DNA of 64,000 nucleotides from Candidatus Eiseniibacteriota bacterium (GTDB lineage: Bacteria > Eisenbacteria > RBG-16-71-46 > CAVPCR01): contig CAWGMA010000001.1 in NCBI GenBank assembly GCA_963823555.1, positions 640,001 through 704,000 on the forward strand, in the 5' to 3' direction. Positions within the stretch are counted from its first letter, which is position 1. Each line of letters starts with the position of its first letter. Positions 32,338 through 42,395 of the stretch are shown here, piece after piece. The notes beneath the pieces are model-generated. The model saw only the letters and a list, made by a program, of their open reading frames with translations, searched no databases and was not told where the DNA came from. The position numbers and the translations under genes were made by a program.

Positions 32338-33117
32338 ATGTTGGACGCCAGCCGACAACGTCACCTGTCCAGCGAGTTCGAGGACGAGCTGAGAGACCTA
32401 CGCTCCAGGCTCCTCCTCATGGCGAGCAAGGTCGAGAGCCTGATCGCCCATGCGGTCGATGCCCTGACCGAGCGGGATTCGGTCAAGGCCGAGCAGATCC
32501 TCATCCGCGACAAGGAAATCGATGCCCTCGAGAAGGAGGTGGACGAGATCTGCGTCCGCATCCTCGCGCTGCGGCAGCCGGCGGCCACCGATCTCCGCCA
32601 CATCACCACCGCCCTCAAGATCGTGACCGATCTCGAACGCATGGGTGATCTCTGCGTGAACATCGCGCGCGCCACGCTCGAGATCAACCAGGAGCCCCGC
32701 CTGCAGCCCGTCATCGACATCCCGGGAATGGCCGAGGCGGTGCGCGAGATGGTGCGGCGAAGCCTCGACGCCTTCGTCGAGGAGGATTCGGACCAGGCCA
32801 AGGAAGTCGTCTGCGCCGATCTCGGCGTGGATCGCCTGTACGACAAGGTGTTCCGTGACCTTCTCGGGCAGATGGTCGAGTCGCCGTCTTCGGTCACCGT
32901 GGCGACTCGCATGCTCTTCATTGCCCGCCATCTCGAGCGCATCGCCGATCATGCCACCAACATCGCCGAGCAGACCATCTTCATGGTCATGGGGGCCGAT
33001 GTCCGCCACGAGAAGGCGAAGCTCCGGGCCGCCTTGCAGGCCGAGGCCACCAAGCGTTTGACCGATCCCGGGACCGCCGAGGGCCAGCCACCCGGATCCC
33101 CCAAGCCCGCGGGCTAG
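32338..33117 (+). CDS. phoU: Phosphate signalling protein PhoU
   Basis: QPAATDLR, DLERMGD, HLERIADHATNIAE. Confidence 0.95.
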   Translation: MLDASRQRHLSSEFEDELRDLRSRLLLMASKVESLIAHAVDALTERDSVKAEQILIRDKEIDALEKEVDEICVRILALRQPAATDLRHITTALKIVTDLERMGDLCVNIARATLEINQEPRLQPVIDIPGMAEAVREMVRRSLDAFVEEDSDQAKEVVCADLGVDRLYDKVFRDLLGQMVESPSSVTVATRMLFIARHLERIADHATNIAEQTIFMVMGADVRHEKAKLRAALQAEATKRLTDPGTAEGQPPGSPKPAG

Positions 33118-33131
33118 TCAGGGAGGCGACG

Positions 33132-34115
33132 ATGTCGCTGCCGCCGGCGAGGCCCGGATCCAGCGCTCACGGATCGCTCATGGCACCCCGCCCCGGTCGA
33201 GACCCGCAGCGAACGCGGTCGATCCTCATTGGCGGCCTCCTCGTGGCGGCGCTGGGGGTCATTCCCGCGTGTTCTTCCCGCTCCTCGAGCGCGACACGCA
33301 GCGCGAGCTCGGCCATCGAGAACAAGGGTTCGGACACCCTCGTCAATCTCGCTCTGGCCTGGGCCGAGGCCTACCGCGAGGTGCGCCCCGATATCACGGT
33401 CGCGGTCACTGGCGGCGGCTCGGGCACCGGGATCGCCGCTCTCTTGAATGGCACCGTGGACATCGCCAATGCCTCGCGGAGCATGAAGGACAACGAGATC
33501 GAGCAGGCCCGGGCGCGGGGCTTCGAGCCCGTGGAGCGGACGGTGGCGATCGACGCCCTGGCCGTCATCGTGAACCCCGCCAATCCGGTGGACGAGCTGA
33601 CCATCGCCCAGCTCTCCGACATCTTCACCGGGCGCATCGCCAACTGGCGCGACGTGGGAGGGCAGAATGCCCCGATCGTCCTCGTTTCACGCGAAACCAA
33701 CTCGGGGACCCATGTCTACTTCCTCGAGGAGGTGGTGCGCCGCGGCGAGAAGGAGAACAAGGATGTCTTCGCGCCGGGGACCCTTCTCATGCCCTCTTCG
33801 GTCGGGATCACGAGCGAGGTGCGGCGCAATCCGAAGGCCATCGGCTATGATGGCCTCGGCTATGTGACGGAACATGAGAAGGTGATCGCCGTGTCACGCG
33901 GCGGCGGGAAGCCCTACGTGCCGCCCACTCAGGACACGGCGGCCGAAGGTTCCTACCCGCTCGCACGCGATCTCTACATGTACACGGCGGGCGAGCCATC
34001 GGGTGACATCGCTGACTACATGAACTGGATCACCGGACCCGAAGGCCAGCGCATCGTGTCCCAGCTCGGGTTCGTGCCTCTGGGTACCGAGGGGGAGATG
34101 AGCGCGGCGCGCTAG
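33132..34115 (+). CDS. pstS: Second PstS (lipoprotein type)
   Basis: Lipobox-like IPAC; NKGSDTL, GGGSGTGIAAL, RETNSGT, YPLARDLY. Start uncertain. Confidence 0.92.
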   Translation: MSLPPARPGSSAHGSLMAPRPGRDPQRTRSILIGGLLVAALGVIPACSSRSSSATRSASSAIENKGSDTLVNLALAWAEAYREVRPDITVAVTGGGSGTGIAALLNGTVDIANASRSMKDNEIEQARARGFEPVERTVAIDALAVIVNPANPVDELTIAQLSDIFTGRIANWRDVGGQNAPIVLVSRETNSGTHVYFLEEVVRRGEKENKDVFAPGTLLMPSSVGITSEVRRNPKAIGYDGLGYVTEHEKVIAVSRGGGKPYVPPTQDTAAEGSYPLARDLYMYTAGEPSGDIADYMNWITGPEGQRIVSQLGFVPLGTEGEMSAAR

Positions 34116-34169
34116 GCGGCATCACAGCATGGCGTCCGGAGTCGGGAGCGGTGTCGTCGAGGAGGGAGG

Positions 34170-35105
34170 ATGGCAGTGGAGATGAGGGCCAGGATGGGGC
34201 GCGCCGGGAGCTGGACCCGCCGCACCCACCTCGGCATCGGCGAGCGGATCATCGAAGGTCTCATCCGCTCTTCCGGCGTCTCCGCCATCCTCATTGTCGG
34301 GCTCATCTTTGCCTTTCTGCTGAGAGAGGGGTTGCCCACCCTGGAGGTGGTGCCCCCGGCGAAGCTCTTCGGATCCCTCTGGTATCCGATCGAAGGGCTC
34401 TACGGCATCTTGCCGCTCATCTACGGTTCGCTTCTCGTCACGTTGCTCGCCGTGGTCATCGCCGTTCCGATCGGGCTCACGACAGCCATCTATCTCGGCC
34501 AGATGGCACCGGCGTGGCTGCGCGATATCCTGAAGCCGATCATCGAGATCCTGGCCGGTATCCCGTCGATCGTGCTCGGCTTCCTGGGCTGGGTGGCGCT
34601 CGCTCCGCTCGTCCAGCAGGCGGGGGCGGCGACCGGGCTCACCGCGCTGACCGGGGGCCTCATCCTGGCCTACATGGCGTTGCCGACCATCATCTCGATC
34701 GCCGAGGACGCGATCGATGCCGTGCCGCGCACCTACCGCGACGGGGCGCTCGCCATCGGGGCGACCGACTGGCAGACCACGTACCGGGTGGTCCTGCCGG
34801 CTGCCCGCTCCGGCCTGGTGACGGCGGTCATGCTCGGCATCGGGCGAGCGATCGGCGAGACCATGGCCGTCCTCATGGTCACCGGCAATGCGGCCAATAT
34901 GCCGTTCGGCCGCAGCATGCTGGTGGAGCCCGTGCGCACGATGACGGCTACCATCGCCGCCGAGATGGGGGAAGTGGCGCAGGGCAGCCCGCACTATCAC
35001 ATGCTGTTCGCGATCGCGATCGTCCTCTTCGTGATCACGTTTGCCGTGAACTCGGTGGCGGCGCGCATCATCGGCGCCTCGGGTGGCGAGCGAGGCGGGC
35101 GATGA
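34170..35105 (+). CDS. pstC: Second PstC permease
   Basis: KPIIEILAGIPSIV, EDAIDAVP, GRAIGETMAV. Confidence 0.93.
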   Translation: MAVEMRARMGRAGSWTRRTHLGIGERIIEGLIRSSGVSAILIVGLIFAFLLREGLPTLEVVPPAKLFGSLWYPIEGLYGILPLIYGSLLVTLLAVVIAVPIGLTTAIYLGQMAPAWLRDILKPIIEILAGIPSIVLGFLGWVALAPLVQQAGAATGLTALTGGLILAYMALPTIISIAEDAIDAVPRTYRDGALAIGATDWQTTYRVVLPAARSGLVTAVMLGIGRAIGETMAVLMVTGNAANMPFGRSMLVEPVRTMTATIAAEMGEVAQGSPHYHMLFAIAIVLFVITFAVNSVAARIIGASGGERGGR

Positions 35106-35947
35106 AACGCCAGCACACGCAGCGCATCGCCTCGGCGGCCATCACCCTGGTGGCCACGATCGCCGTGATCCCGATCATCGCCGTGATCCTCTACATCATC
35201 GCCAACGGCATCTCGGGGCTGAACCCGCGGTTTCTCTTCACCATGCCGCGCAACGGCATGACCGAGGGCGGGATCCTGCCGGCCCTTCTGGGCACCGTGT
35301 ACCTCACCTTCGGCACCGCCATTGCCTCCATCCCGCTGGCCATCGGGGCGGCCATCTACCTCGCCGAGTATGCCGGCAGGGGGCGCTTGACCGCTGCGGT
35401 ACGGCTCGCCATCGTCAACCTGGCCGGGATCCCGTCGATCGTCTACGGTCTCTTCGGCCTCGCCATGTTCGTTCTCTTCCTCAACCAGGGCACCTCGATC
35501 ATCGCCGGCTCGCTCACCCTTGGCCTGATGACGCTTCCGGTGGTGATCTCCACCGCCGAGGAAGCGATCACGGCGGTCCCCGCCGAGTTTCGCGTCACGA
35601 GCTTGAGCCTGGGCGCCACCAAGTGGCAGACCATCAGGCATCAAGTCTTGCCCCACGCCCTGCCGGGCATCCTGACCGGAATCATCCTCGGCCTGAGCCG
35701 GGCAGCCGGGGAGACAGCACCCATCCTCTTCACGGCAGCGGCCTTCTACTTGCCGTCGCTGCCCGACTCGATCAGCGACCCGACGATGGCGCTGCCCTAT
35801 CACCTCTACGTCATCTCGACGCAGGTGCCGGGGATGCCCCTCTCGATCCAGTACGGGACGGCCTTCGTGTTGCTCTTGCTCGTGTTGTCGTTGACGCTCG
35901 TGGCGAGCGTGATCCGGAGCCGGGTGCGGGGGCGGCGGGAGTGGTAG
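35102..35947 (+). CDS. pstA: Second PstA permease
   Basis: ATGA overlap with pstC; GGILPALLGT, NLAGIPSIVYGLFG, RAAGETAPIL. Confidence 0.93.
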   Translation: MKRQHTQRIASAAITLVATIAVIPIIAVILYIIANGISGLNPRFLFTMPRNGMTEGGILPALLGTVYLTFGTAIASIPLAIGAAIYLAEYAGRGRLTAAVRLAIVNLAGIPSIVYGLFGLAMFVLFLNQGTSIIAGSLTLGLMTLPVVISTAEEAITAVPAEFRVTSLSLGATKWQTIRHQVLPHALPGILTGIILGLSRAAGETAPILFTAAAFYLPSLPDSISDPTMALPYHLYVISTQVPGMPLSIQYGTAFVLLLLVLSLTLVASVIRSRVRGRREW

Positions 35948-35967
35948 GCGAGCAGGGCGTGACTCGG

Positions 35968-36783
35968 ATGAAGGTCGAGATCGGGGCGAGGATCCCGCCG
36001 GACGCGGACGCTTCCTCTCCGCCGCGCGAGCCCATGATCCGGCTCCGGAACGTCTCCTTGACCTATGCCAGCGGAATCCGCGCCCTCGCCGACGTGACGC
36101 TCGACATCTTTCCGAGTCAGATCACGGTGCTCTTCGGGCCGGCGCGTGCCGGCAAGTCGACCTTGCTTCGCCTTCTCAATCGGCTCAGCGATCTCTACGC
36201 GGGGGCGAGCCACACGGGTGAGGTTCTCTTCGAGGGGCATGATGTCTTCGGGCCGGAGGTGGATGTCAGCGCGCTTCGCCGTAAGATCAGCATGGTATTC
36301 GCGATCCCCAGCCCGCTTCCCGGCACGGTGTGGGAGAACCTGACCTATGCCCTGCGCATGGCGGGGCATCGTGATCCGCGACTGCTCGGTGAGCGGGTGG
36401 AGAGATCGCTCCGGCAGGCGGCGTTGTGGGACGAGGTCAAGGACCGGCTCCACCGCTCGGCCTTCGCCCTCTCCGGGGGGCAGAAGCAGCGCCTGTGTCT
36501 TGCCCGTAGCCTGGCTCTCGAGCCGGATGTGATCCTGCTCGACAACCCGACCTCCGGTCTCGACCCGTTGTCGACAGCCACCGTCGAGGCCTCGCTCCAC
36601 GAGCTCAAGCAGGAGTACACGATCGTCCTGGTGCCGCACAGCGTGCAGCAGGCGGCGCGCGTGGCGGATCGGGCCGCCTTCCTGCTCGACGGCGAGCTCG
36701 TCGAGGTGGCCACGGCCGCCGAGATCTTCACGCGGCCCTCGGACCCCCGGACCGATGACTACGTCACCGGCCGTTTCGGGTAG
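35968..36783 (+). CDS. pstB: PstB-like ATPase with degenerate Walker A/B and Q-loop
   Basis: [16 protein letters not shown], intact LSGGQ, ILLDNP, YVTGRFG. Confidence 0.88.
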   Translation: MKVEIGARIPPDADASSPPREPMIRLRNVSLTYASGIRALADVTLDIFPSQITVLFGPARAGKSTLLRLLNRLSDLYAGASHTGEVLFEGHDVFGPEVDVSALRRKISMVFAIPSPLPGTVWENLTYALRMAGHRDPRLLGERVERSLRQAALWDEVKDRLHRSAFALSGGQKQRLCLARSLALEPDVILLDNPTSGLDPLSTATVEASLHELKQEYTIVLVPHSVQQAARVADRAAFLLDGELVEVATAAEIFTRPSDPRTDDYVTGRFG

Positions 36784-36794
36784 GCTCTGGTGCC

Positions 36795-37553
36795 ATGGGG
36801 GCCAAGATCACCGTTCGCGGATTCAACTTCTACTACGGCGACTTTCAGGCGCTGAAGGACATCACCCTCGACATCGAGGAGCGGAAGATCACCGCCCTCA
36901 TCGGGCCCTCCGGTTGTGGGAAGACGACGTTCCTGCGTGCTCTCAATCGCATGAACGAACGCATCAAGGGGGCGCGGGCCGTCGGGGAGATCCGGATCGA
37001 CGGCCGCGACATCTATGATCCCGGGGTGGATGTCGTCGAGCTCCGGCGGCAGGTGGGCATGGTCTTCCAGCGACCGAACCCGTTTCCCCAGAGCGTGTTC
37101 AACAACGTGGCCTTCGGGCCGATCGTCCTCGGCCTGACCGGAGGCCCGGGGGAGCTCGCCGCGCGTGTCGAGGAGAGCCTGGTCGAGGTCGGGCTGTGGG
37201 ACGAGGTGAAGCACGCCCTCGACGGGCCGGCCCAGCTCCTTAACCCCGGCCAGCAGCAGCGGTTATGTATCGCGCGAGCGGTGGCGACGAAGCCCGACAT
37301 CATCCTCATGGACGAGCCCTGCTCGGCCCTCGACCCGGTCGCCACTCTGCGCATCGAGACCCTCATGGACGAATTGGCCCGCGACTATACGATCGTCATC
37401 GTCACTCACAACATGCAGCAGGCGGCCCGCGTTTCCCACTGGACCGGCTTCTTCTGGCTCGGCGAGCTGATCGAGGTCGATGAGACCGCCAAGCTCTTCA
37501 CCCGGCCTCGCGTCCAGCTCACCGAGGACTACCTGACCGGCCGGCGCGGATAG
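36795..37553 (+). CDS. pstB: PstB-like ATPase with degenerate signature motif
   Basis: [44 protein letters not shown]. Confidence 0.92.
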   Translation: MGAKITVRGFNFYYGDFQALKDITLDIEERKITALIGPSGCGKTTFLRALNRMNERIKGARAVGEIRIDGRDIYDPGVDVVELRRQVGMVFQRPNPFPQSVFNNVAFGPIVLGLTGGPGELAARVEESLVEVGLWDEVKHALDGPAQLLNPGQQQRLCIARAVATKPDIILMDEPCSALDPVATLRIETLMDELARDYTIVIVTHNMQQAARVSHWTGFFWLGELIEVDETAKLFTRPRVQLTEDYLTGRRG

Positions 37554-37574
37554 CCGCTGTGAGATAATTCCGAT

Positions 37575-38396
37575 ATGCGCCTTCGTTTCGCTCTTGGGCT
37601 CGCCGCCCTGCTCGCCGTGGCCACCGCCTGTGCCTCGGCGCGCAATTACCCCGATCAGAACCGGCCCCGCTTCGCCGGCAATCACTCCCTGGGTGGCCGG
37701 GTTGATTCGGCGCTTCGCATCGTGACCTTCAACATCCAGTTCGCTCGCCATGTCGATCAGGCGATCGCCGCTCTCGAGCAGGTGGAGGAGCTCCGGGCGC
37801 CCGATGTTCTCGCGCTCCAGGAGATGGACGAGGAGGGGGTCGAGCAGGTAGCGCGCGCTCTCAGCCTCAACTACGTCTACTACCCGAGCGCGGTGCATCC
37901 GGCCAGCGGGCGCAATTTCGGCAATGCCGTGCTCTCTCCGTGGCGGATCGTGGACAGCCGGAAGGTCGTCTTGCCACACCAGAGCCGCACCAACGGCCTC
38001 ACGCGGGCGGCGGTCGTGGCCACGCTCGAGGTGGGGGCGAAGCGCGTCCGCGTCTACAGCATCCATTTCGAGACCGTGCTCGGCCTCGACGACGCGGAAC
38101 GGCGGGACCAGGTGGCCGCTCTCATCGCCGACGCCGCCGCCTCACCGGACCCCACCGTCATCGCCGGCGATTTCAACAGCTACTCGCTCGCCGAGATGGT
38201 GAACGAGGCCGGATTCGAGTGGCCGACAGCGAGGCTCGAGCGCACCGTCCTCGTCTTCTCCTGGGATCACATCCTCGTGCGCGGGTTCAACCTGCAAGTG
38301 CCGCCGGTCGCCGGGGTGGTGCGCGATCACAACGAGGCAAGCGACCACTGTCCGGTGTGGGTCGATCTGGGAATACCCGCCCCCTCGACGAGCTAG
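37575..38396 (+). CDS. Endonuclease/exonuclease/phosphatase (EEP) family lipoprotein
   Basis: Lipobox ATAC; IVTFNI, DVLALQE, GNAVLS, IAGDFN, DHILV, SDHCPV. Confidence 0.9.
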   Translation: MRLRFALGLAALLAVATACASARNYPDQNRPRFAGNHSLGGRVDSALRIVTFNIQFARHVDQAIAALEQVEELRAPDVLALQEMDEEGVEQVARALSLNYVYYPSAVHPASGRNFGNAVLSPWRIVDSRKVVLPHQSRTNGLTRAAVVATLEVGAKRVRVYSIHFETVLGLDDAERRDQVAALIADAAASPDPTVIAGDFNSYSLAEMVNEAGFEWPTARLERTVLVFSWDHILVRGFNLQVPPVAGVVRDHNEASDHCPVWVDLGIPAPSTS

Positions 38397-39559
38397 ACGC
38401 CCCTGGTACCGCTCTTGCCTCCCGCCAGGAGCTCGTCGTATACGGCGGCGATCGCCGTCGCCGCCTTCTCCAGGGTGAAGTGGTTGAGCGCGCGCGTCTG
38501 TCCGGCGCGGCCCAGGGCCGCGCGCCGGGGCGCGTCGGCAACCAGGGCCGCCAGTTCGGCGGCAAGGCCTGCGGGATCATCCGGCGGGACCATGACCCCG
38601 GTCTCACCGGCGATGACGAGTTCGCTCACGCCGCCGACATCGGTCGTCACGACCGCCCGCCCGGTCGCCATCGCTTCGAGGATGGACACCGGCACGCCTT
38701 CGCGCCGGGAAGTGAGGCAGAAGAGATCGGCGGCGGCCATGAGCTCCGGAATGTCACGGCGGAAGCCGAGGGGACGCACCAGCCGGGCGAGGCCCCGGCG
38801 GGCGATCTGGGCCGCGAAACCGGCGGCGAGAGGACCGTCGCCGGCGACGAGCCAGACGAAGCGGGGTGGAACCGAAGCCTCATGGGCGGCCGCTGGGGAG
38901 ACGGTGGATGCGAGTCTGGCTGCCGCTTCGGCCAGCACGTCGAGTCCCTTGGGGGGGCGGAGATTGGCCACTGTCAGAATGAGAACGGTGTGGGGATCGA
39001 TGCCGAGGGCCGCCCGCGCCGCCTCCCGGCGGGCGGCGGCCGTGGCGAACGCTTCGACGTCGATGCCATTGGGCACCACGGCGACCTGCGCGCGCTGGAC
39101 GCCTCGCTCCACCATCAAGAACTGCGCTCCGGCACCGGAATTGGTGATGTAGCGATCGACGCGATCAGCCGTCTCGCGATCGAGATAGGCCTGCCAGGGG
39201 GGGCGATGGGTGTCGATCGAGTGCAGGGACTGCACGAGCGGCGGCCGTGGCCGCTGGAAGCGAACGAGGAGGCTCGGGCGGAGACCATAGCTGTGGATCA
39301 GGTCCGGGCCCAGCGCCGGGAGCGCCGATCGCAGCCGGAGGTAGGCGCGCAGCGGCCCGGCCGGGCCGGCGAGCGGGGTCCCCAGGCTCTCCGTCGGCAC
39401 GCCGGCTTCGTCGTAGAGCCGCGTGGCCGGTCCCGGCGGCTCGATGAAGAGGACATGGTGCGCCAGATCGGGCTGCCGGCGGATGTAGGCCAGCGCGCCG
39501 AGCTCGGTGCCGCCGAGGGCGGTGACGGCGAAGAGATGGAGGATGCGCGGTCGAGTCAA
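38393..39559 (-). CDS. Glycosyltransferase family 4
   Basis: GGTE, VVPNGID, KGLDVL, SRREGVPVSILEAMATG, TDVGGVSE. Confidence 0.92.
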   Translation of the reverse strand: MTRPRILHLFAVTALGGTELGALAYIRRQPDLAHHVLFIEPPGPATRLYDEAGVPTESLGTPLAGPAGPLRAYLRLRSALPALGPDLIHSYGLRPSLLVRFQRPRPPLVQSLHSIDTHRPPWQAYLDRETADRVDRYITNSGAGAQFLMVERGVQRAQVAVVPNGIDVEAFATAAARREAARAALGIDPHTVLILTVANLRPPKGLDVLAEAAARLASTVSPAAAHEASVPPRFVWLVAGDGPLAAGFAAQIARRGLARLVRPLGFRRDIPELMAAADLFCLTSRREGVPVSILEAMATGRAVVTTDVGGVSELVIAGETGVMVPPDDPAGLAAELAALVADAPRRAALGRAGQTRALNHFTLEKAATAIAAVYDELLAGGKSGTRGV

Positions 39560-39586
39560 GCCGGCCTGCCCGTTGATTCCGCGGCG

Positions 39587-40477
39587 TCAGCCGTAGAGGA
39601 GCCGTTTCAGGTTCGCATCGGGATCCAGGAGCGGGCGGATCTTGCCGCTCCGCGAGGTCATGATGGTGGTGACGCCTGGGCCGTGCCCCGCGACGTCCGA
39701 GCGTGAGTGCACGACCACACCCACCGATACCGCTCCACCGTAGTAGATGCGGCCATGCTCGTGAGCGGCATCGAGAATGGCGACGATATCACCGAAGCGC
39801 AGGCTGTCGAGACCGAACTCCTCGACGACGCGCCGGTCGAACATCTGGATGTCATAGTCGCCGCTGGCGGCATGGGGGTGGCCGAGGCCGGAGCCCATGA
39901 TCATGGCCGGGATCCGGTGGGTGACGGGCACCTCGAGTTCGCCGTCGCCGGTCGTGCGCCAGTGGAGTCGCTCGGCGAGATCCGGATCGAGGTTCATGAC
40001 CGCGATCTCCGGGCAGTCGAGGAGCAGAAGCCCCATCCCGTGGGCCTTGATCTGGATGCGGTCGCCGATCGCGAGCTGATCGAGAACGATGGCGGGAAAG
40101 TCGACGAGCACATGGTTGATGCCGCCATGCAGGCCGGTGACGTAACCGACCTCGCCCTTGGCATCCCCCGAGGTGACGCGGGCGCGATTGCCGATGCAGG
40201 CGAGCGTGTTGAGCGCCAGGTTGGTGGGCGAGGTGGGACTTCGATCGCCTTCGAGGTTGCGGATCGACACTCCCGGCTCGACATGGTCACCGACCAGATC
40301 CACGGCCGAGTCGCCGATCCGGCGGTTGTAGACGATGCCCCCGGTCGCGGGCGACACCCGGGGTGTGCCGTCGGCGCCGATGCGATAGGCCGTCATCGTG
40401 GTCAGCGGGCTCGCGATCTCGCCGATCACCGATTGCATGACCAGCCGGTTCTTGTTGGTGCGGAGCGGAGTCGACAT
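39587..40477 (-). CDS. DUF4438 family protein
   Basis: RTNKNRLV, GGIVYN, GDHVEPGVS, LACIGNRARVTSGDAKG, MGSGLG, GDYDI, LRFGDIVAI, GHGPGVT (recognised from family motifs). Confidence 0.8.
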   Translation of the reverse strand: MSTPLRTNKNRLVMQSVIGEIASPLTTMTAYRIGADGTPRVSPATGGIVYNRRIGDSAVDLVGDHVEPGVSIRNLEGDRSPTSPTNLALNTLACIGNRARVTSGDAKGEVGYVTGLHGGINHVLVDFPAIVLDQLAIGDRIQIKAHGMGLLLLDCPEIAVMNLDPDLAERLHWRTTGDGELEVPVTHRIPAMIMGSGLGHPHAASGDYDIQMFDRRVVEEFGLDSLRFGDIVAILDAAHEHGRIYYGGAVSVGVVVHSRSDVAGHGPGVTTIMTSRSGKIRPLLDPDANLKRLLYG

Positions 40478-40532
40478 GCGCGGCATTGTAAGGCCACGGC
40501 CCGGGCCCGACAACCGTGCTAGCATGCCGCGG

Positions 40533-41384
40533 ATGCCGGAACTGCCTGAAGTCGAGACCATCCGCCGGAGCCTGGCCCCGCATCTCGAAGGACGCACGAT
40601 CACGAGCGTCGTCGTGCGCAACGGGGATCTGCGGATTGCGGTCGACGTCGATGCGATGGGGCGCCGGGTCGCCCGCCGCCGCATCGAGCGCCTCGAGCGG
40701 CGGGCCAAGTACCTCCTCATCCGGCTGGCCGGCGGCCACGTGCTGGTGATCCATCTCGGCATGTCGGGGCGTCTCACCGTCGTGCCGCGCGCCGCCGACC
40801 TCGACCCCCACGACCATCTCCTGTTCCGTCTCGCCCCGCGCCCCGGAAGGCCTCCGGAGGAACTGCGCTTTCGCGACCCCCGGCGTTTCGGCCTGGCTCA
40901 AGTCCTCGCCGCTGAAGGGATCGCCAGGTCGACGCTTCTGGCCGGTCTCGGACCGGAGCCGCTCGAACCCGGTGCGACCGACGCCACGGTCCTCAGGGCA
41001 CGCACGCGGCGGCGGAAGGCGGCGATCAAGGCGGCGCTGCTCGATGCCCGGCTGATTGCGGGTGTGGGCAACATCTATGCCTGCGAATCGTTGTATCGGG
41101 CGGGGATCGATCCCCGTACGCCCGCCCGCCGGCTCGGTCCGCGGCGCTGGCAGCGCTTGCTGTCGGCGGTGCGCGAGGTGCTGGCGGCGGCCATCGCCGA
41201 CGGTGGGACCAGTCTCGACGACTACGGCGACTACCGCGACGGCGAGGGTCGCCAGGGGCTCTTTCAGGTGGATCTCCAGGTCTATGGCCGCGAAGGGGAG
41301 CCGTGCCGGCGCTGTCACCGTCCCGTGCGCCGCATCGTGCAGCTGGGGCGAAGCACCTTCTATTGCTCCCGCTGCCAGCGTTGA
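40533..41384 (+). CDS. mutM: Formamidopyrimidine-DNA glycosylase
   Basis: MPELPEVET, RRAKYL, HLGMSG, DPRRFG, GVGNIYACE, C-terminal CxxC...CxxCQ zinc finger. Confidence 0.97.
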   Translation: MPELPEVETIRRSLAPHLEGRTITSVVVRNGDLRIAVDVDAMGRRVARRRIERLERRAKYLLIRLAGGHVLVIHLGMSGRLTVVPRAADLDPHDHLLFRLAPRPGRPPEELRFRDPRRFGLAQVLAAEGIARSTLLAGLGPEPLEPGATDATVLRARTRRRKAAIKAALLDARLIAGVGNIYACESLYRAGIDPRTPARRLGPRRWQRLLSAVREVLAAAIADGGTSLDDYGDYRDGEGRQGLFQVDLQVYGREGEPCRRCHRPVRRIVQLGRSTFYCSRCQR

Positions 41385-41391
41385 GGCTCGG

Positions 41392-41420
41392 TTGACAGCA
41401 CCCGGTCCGCTCCGTAAGTT
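41392..41420 (+). promoter_or_regulatory. Sigma70 promoter of TRAP operon
   Basis: TTGACA-N17-TAAGTT, ATG at 41430. Confidence 0.6.
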
Positions 41421-41429
41421 CCCCCGGCA

Positions 41430-42320
41430 ATGGTCCTGCCACTCTTGAAGTCCCGGTTTCCCGCATCCGTGCTCCTCGTGCTCGCCGCCGGCGGGCTGGC
41501 CGGCGGTTGCTCCACGACCAAGCTCGCGGTGGGTTCGATGGTGCCGATCCTCGAGGAGTCGGTCGATGCCGGGCTGAGCTCGGCCGATCTCGAGCTCGTG
41601 CGCGAGGGCATGCCCGGCAATCTCGTGCTGCTCGATGGGTTGATCCGTACCGACCCGCGCCCCGATCTCCTGGCGCTCGGCGCCCAGCTCTACTTCAGCT
41701 ACGCCTTCGCCTTCATCGAGGACGAGGATCCGGAACGGGCCCGCGGCCTCTACCGGACCGGTCGCGATTACGGGCAACGCGCGCTCGGTGCGGACAAGAA
41801 GGTGCGGTCGGCGCTGGCCGGGGGCAATCCGGAGGCCCTGGCCGCGGCGCTGGAGCGGCTCGATCGCGAGGATTCACCGACGCTCGTCTGGACCGCCGCG
41901 GCGTGGGCCAGCTGGGCCAATCTGAGCCTCGATGACCCGGAAGCCGTCGCGGATCTGCCCTCGATCGAAGTGCTCCTCGAGCGGGCGGTGGAGCTCGATG
42001 AGGGCTACCTCCACGGCGTGCCGCCGCTGCTCCTCGGCAGCTTCCACGCCGCGCGGCCACCGATCCTGGGTGGCGACCCCGAAACCGCCCGCCGGTACTT
42101 CACGCGTGCCGAGGAGGTGGGGAACGGCAGGCTGCTGCTCGCACCGGTGTTCGAAGCGCGCTATTATGCGCGGTCGATCCTCGACGAGGAGCTCTTCACA
42201 CGTCTCTTGAATGGCGCGCTCGCCACCCCGGTCGACATTGCGCCGGACATCCGGCTCCTGAACGCGGTGGCTCACAGGAAGGCGCGCGATCTCCTCGCCA
42301 TGCGGGACGAGCTGTTCTAG
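41430..42320 (+). CDS. TRAP transporter TatT component (TPR-like lipoprotein)
   Basis: Lipobox LAGGC; YFSYAFAF, LGGDPETARRYF, YYAR, NAVAHRKA; precedes dctP. Confidence 0.85.
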   Translation: MVLPLLKSRFPASVLLVLAAGGLAGGCSTTKLAVGSMVPILEESVDAGLSSADLELVREGMPGNLVLLDGLIRTDPRPDLLALGAQLYFSYAFAFIEDEDPERARGLYRTGRDYGQRALGADKKVRSALAGGNPEALAAALERLDREDSPTLVWTAAAWASWANLSLDDPEAVADLPSIEVLLERAVELDEGYLHGVPPLLLGSFHAARPPILGGDPETARRYFTRAEEVGNGRLLLAPVFEARYYARSILDEELFTRLLNGALATPVDIAPDIRLLNAVAHRKARDLLAMRDELF

Positions 42321-42395
42321 GCGCGAGGAGAATCGGCCGGCGGGCGGGGTTTGACCCTCAGGCTCCGCGATACCTCGACTCCGATGATGGGAACC

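Noticed and set aside
34151..36783. Long N-terminal extensions of PstA2 (598 aa) and PstB2 (566 aa)
   Set aside because: The extensions overlap the upstream genes in another frame; the likely starts are 35102 and about 35968
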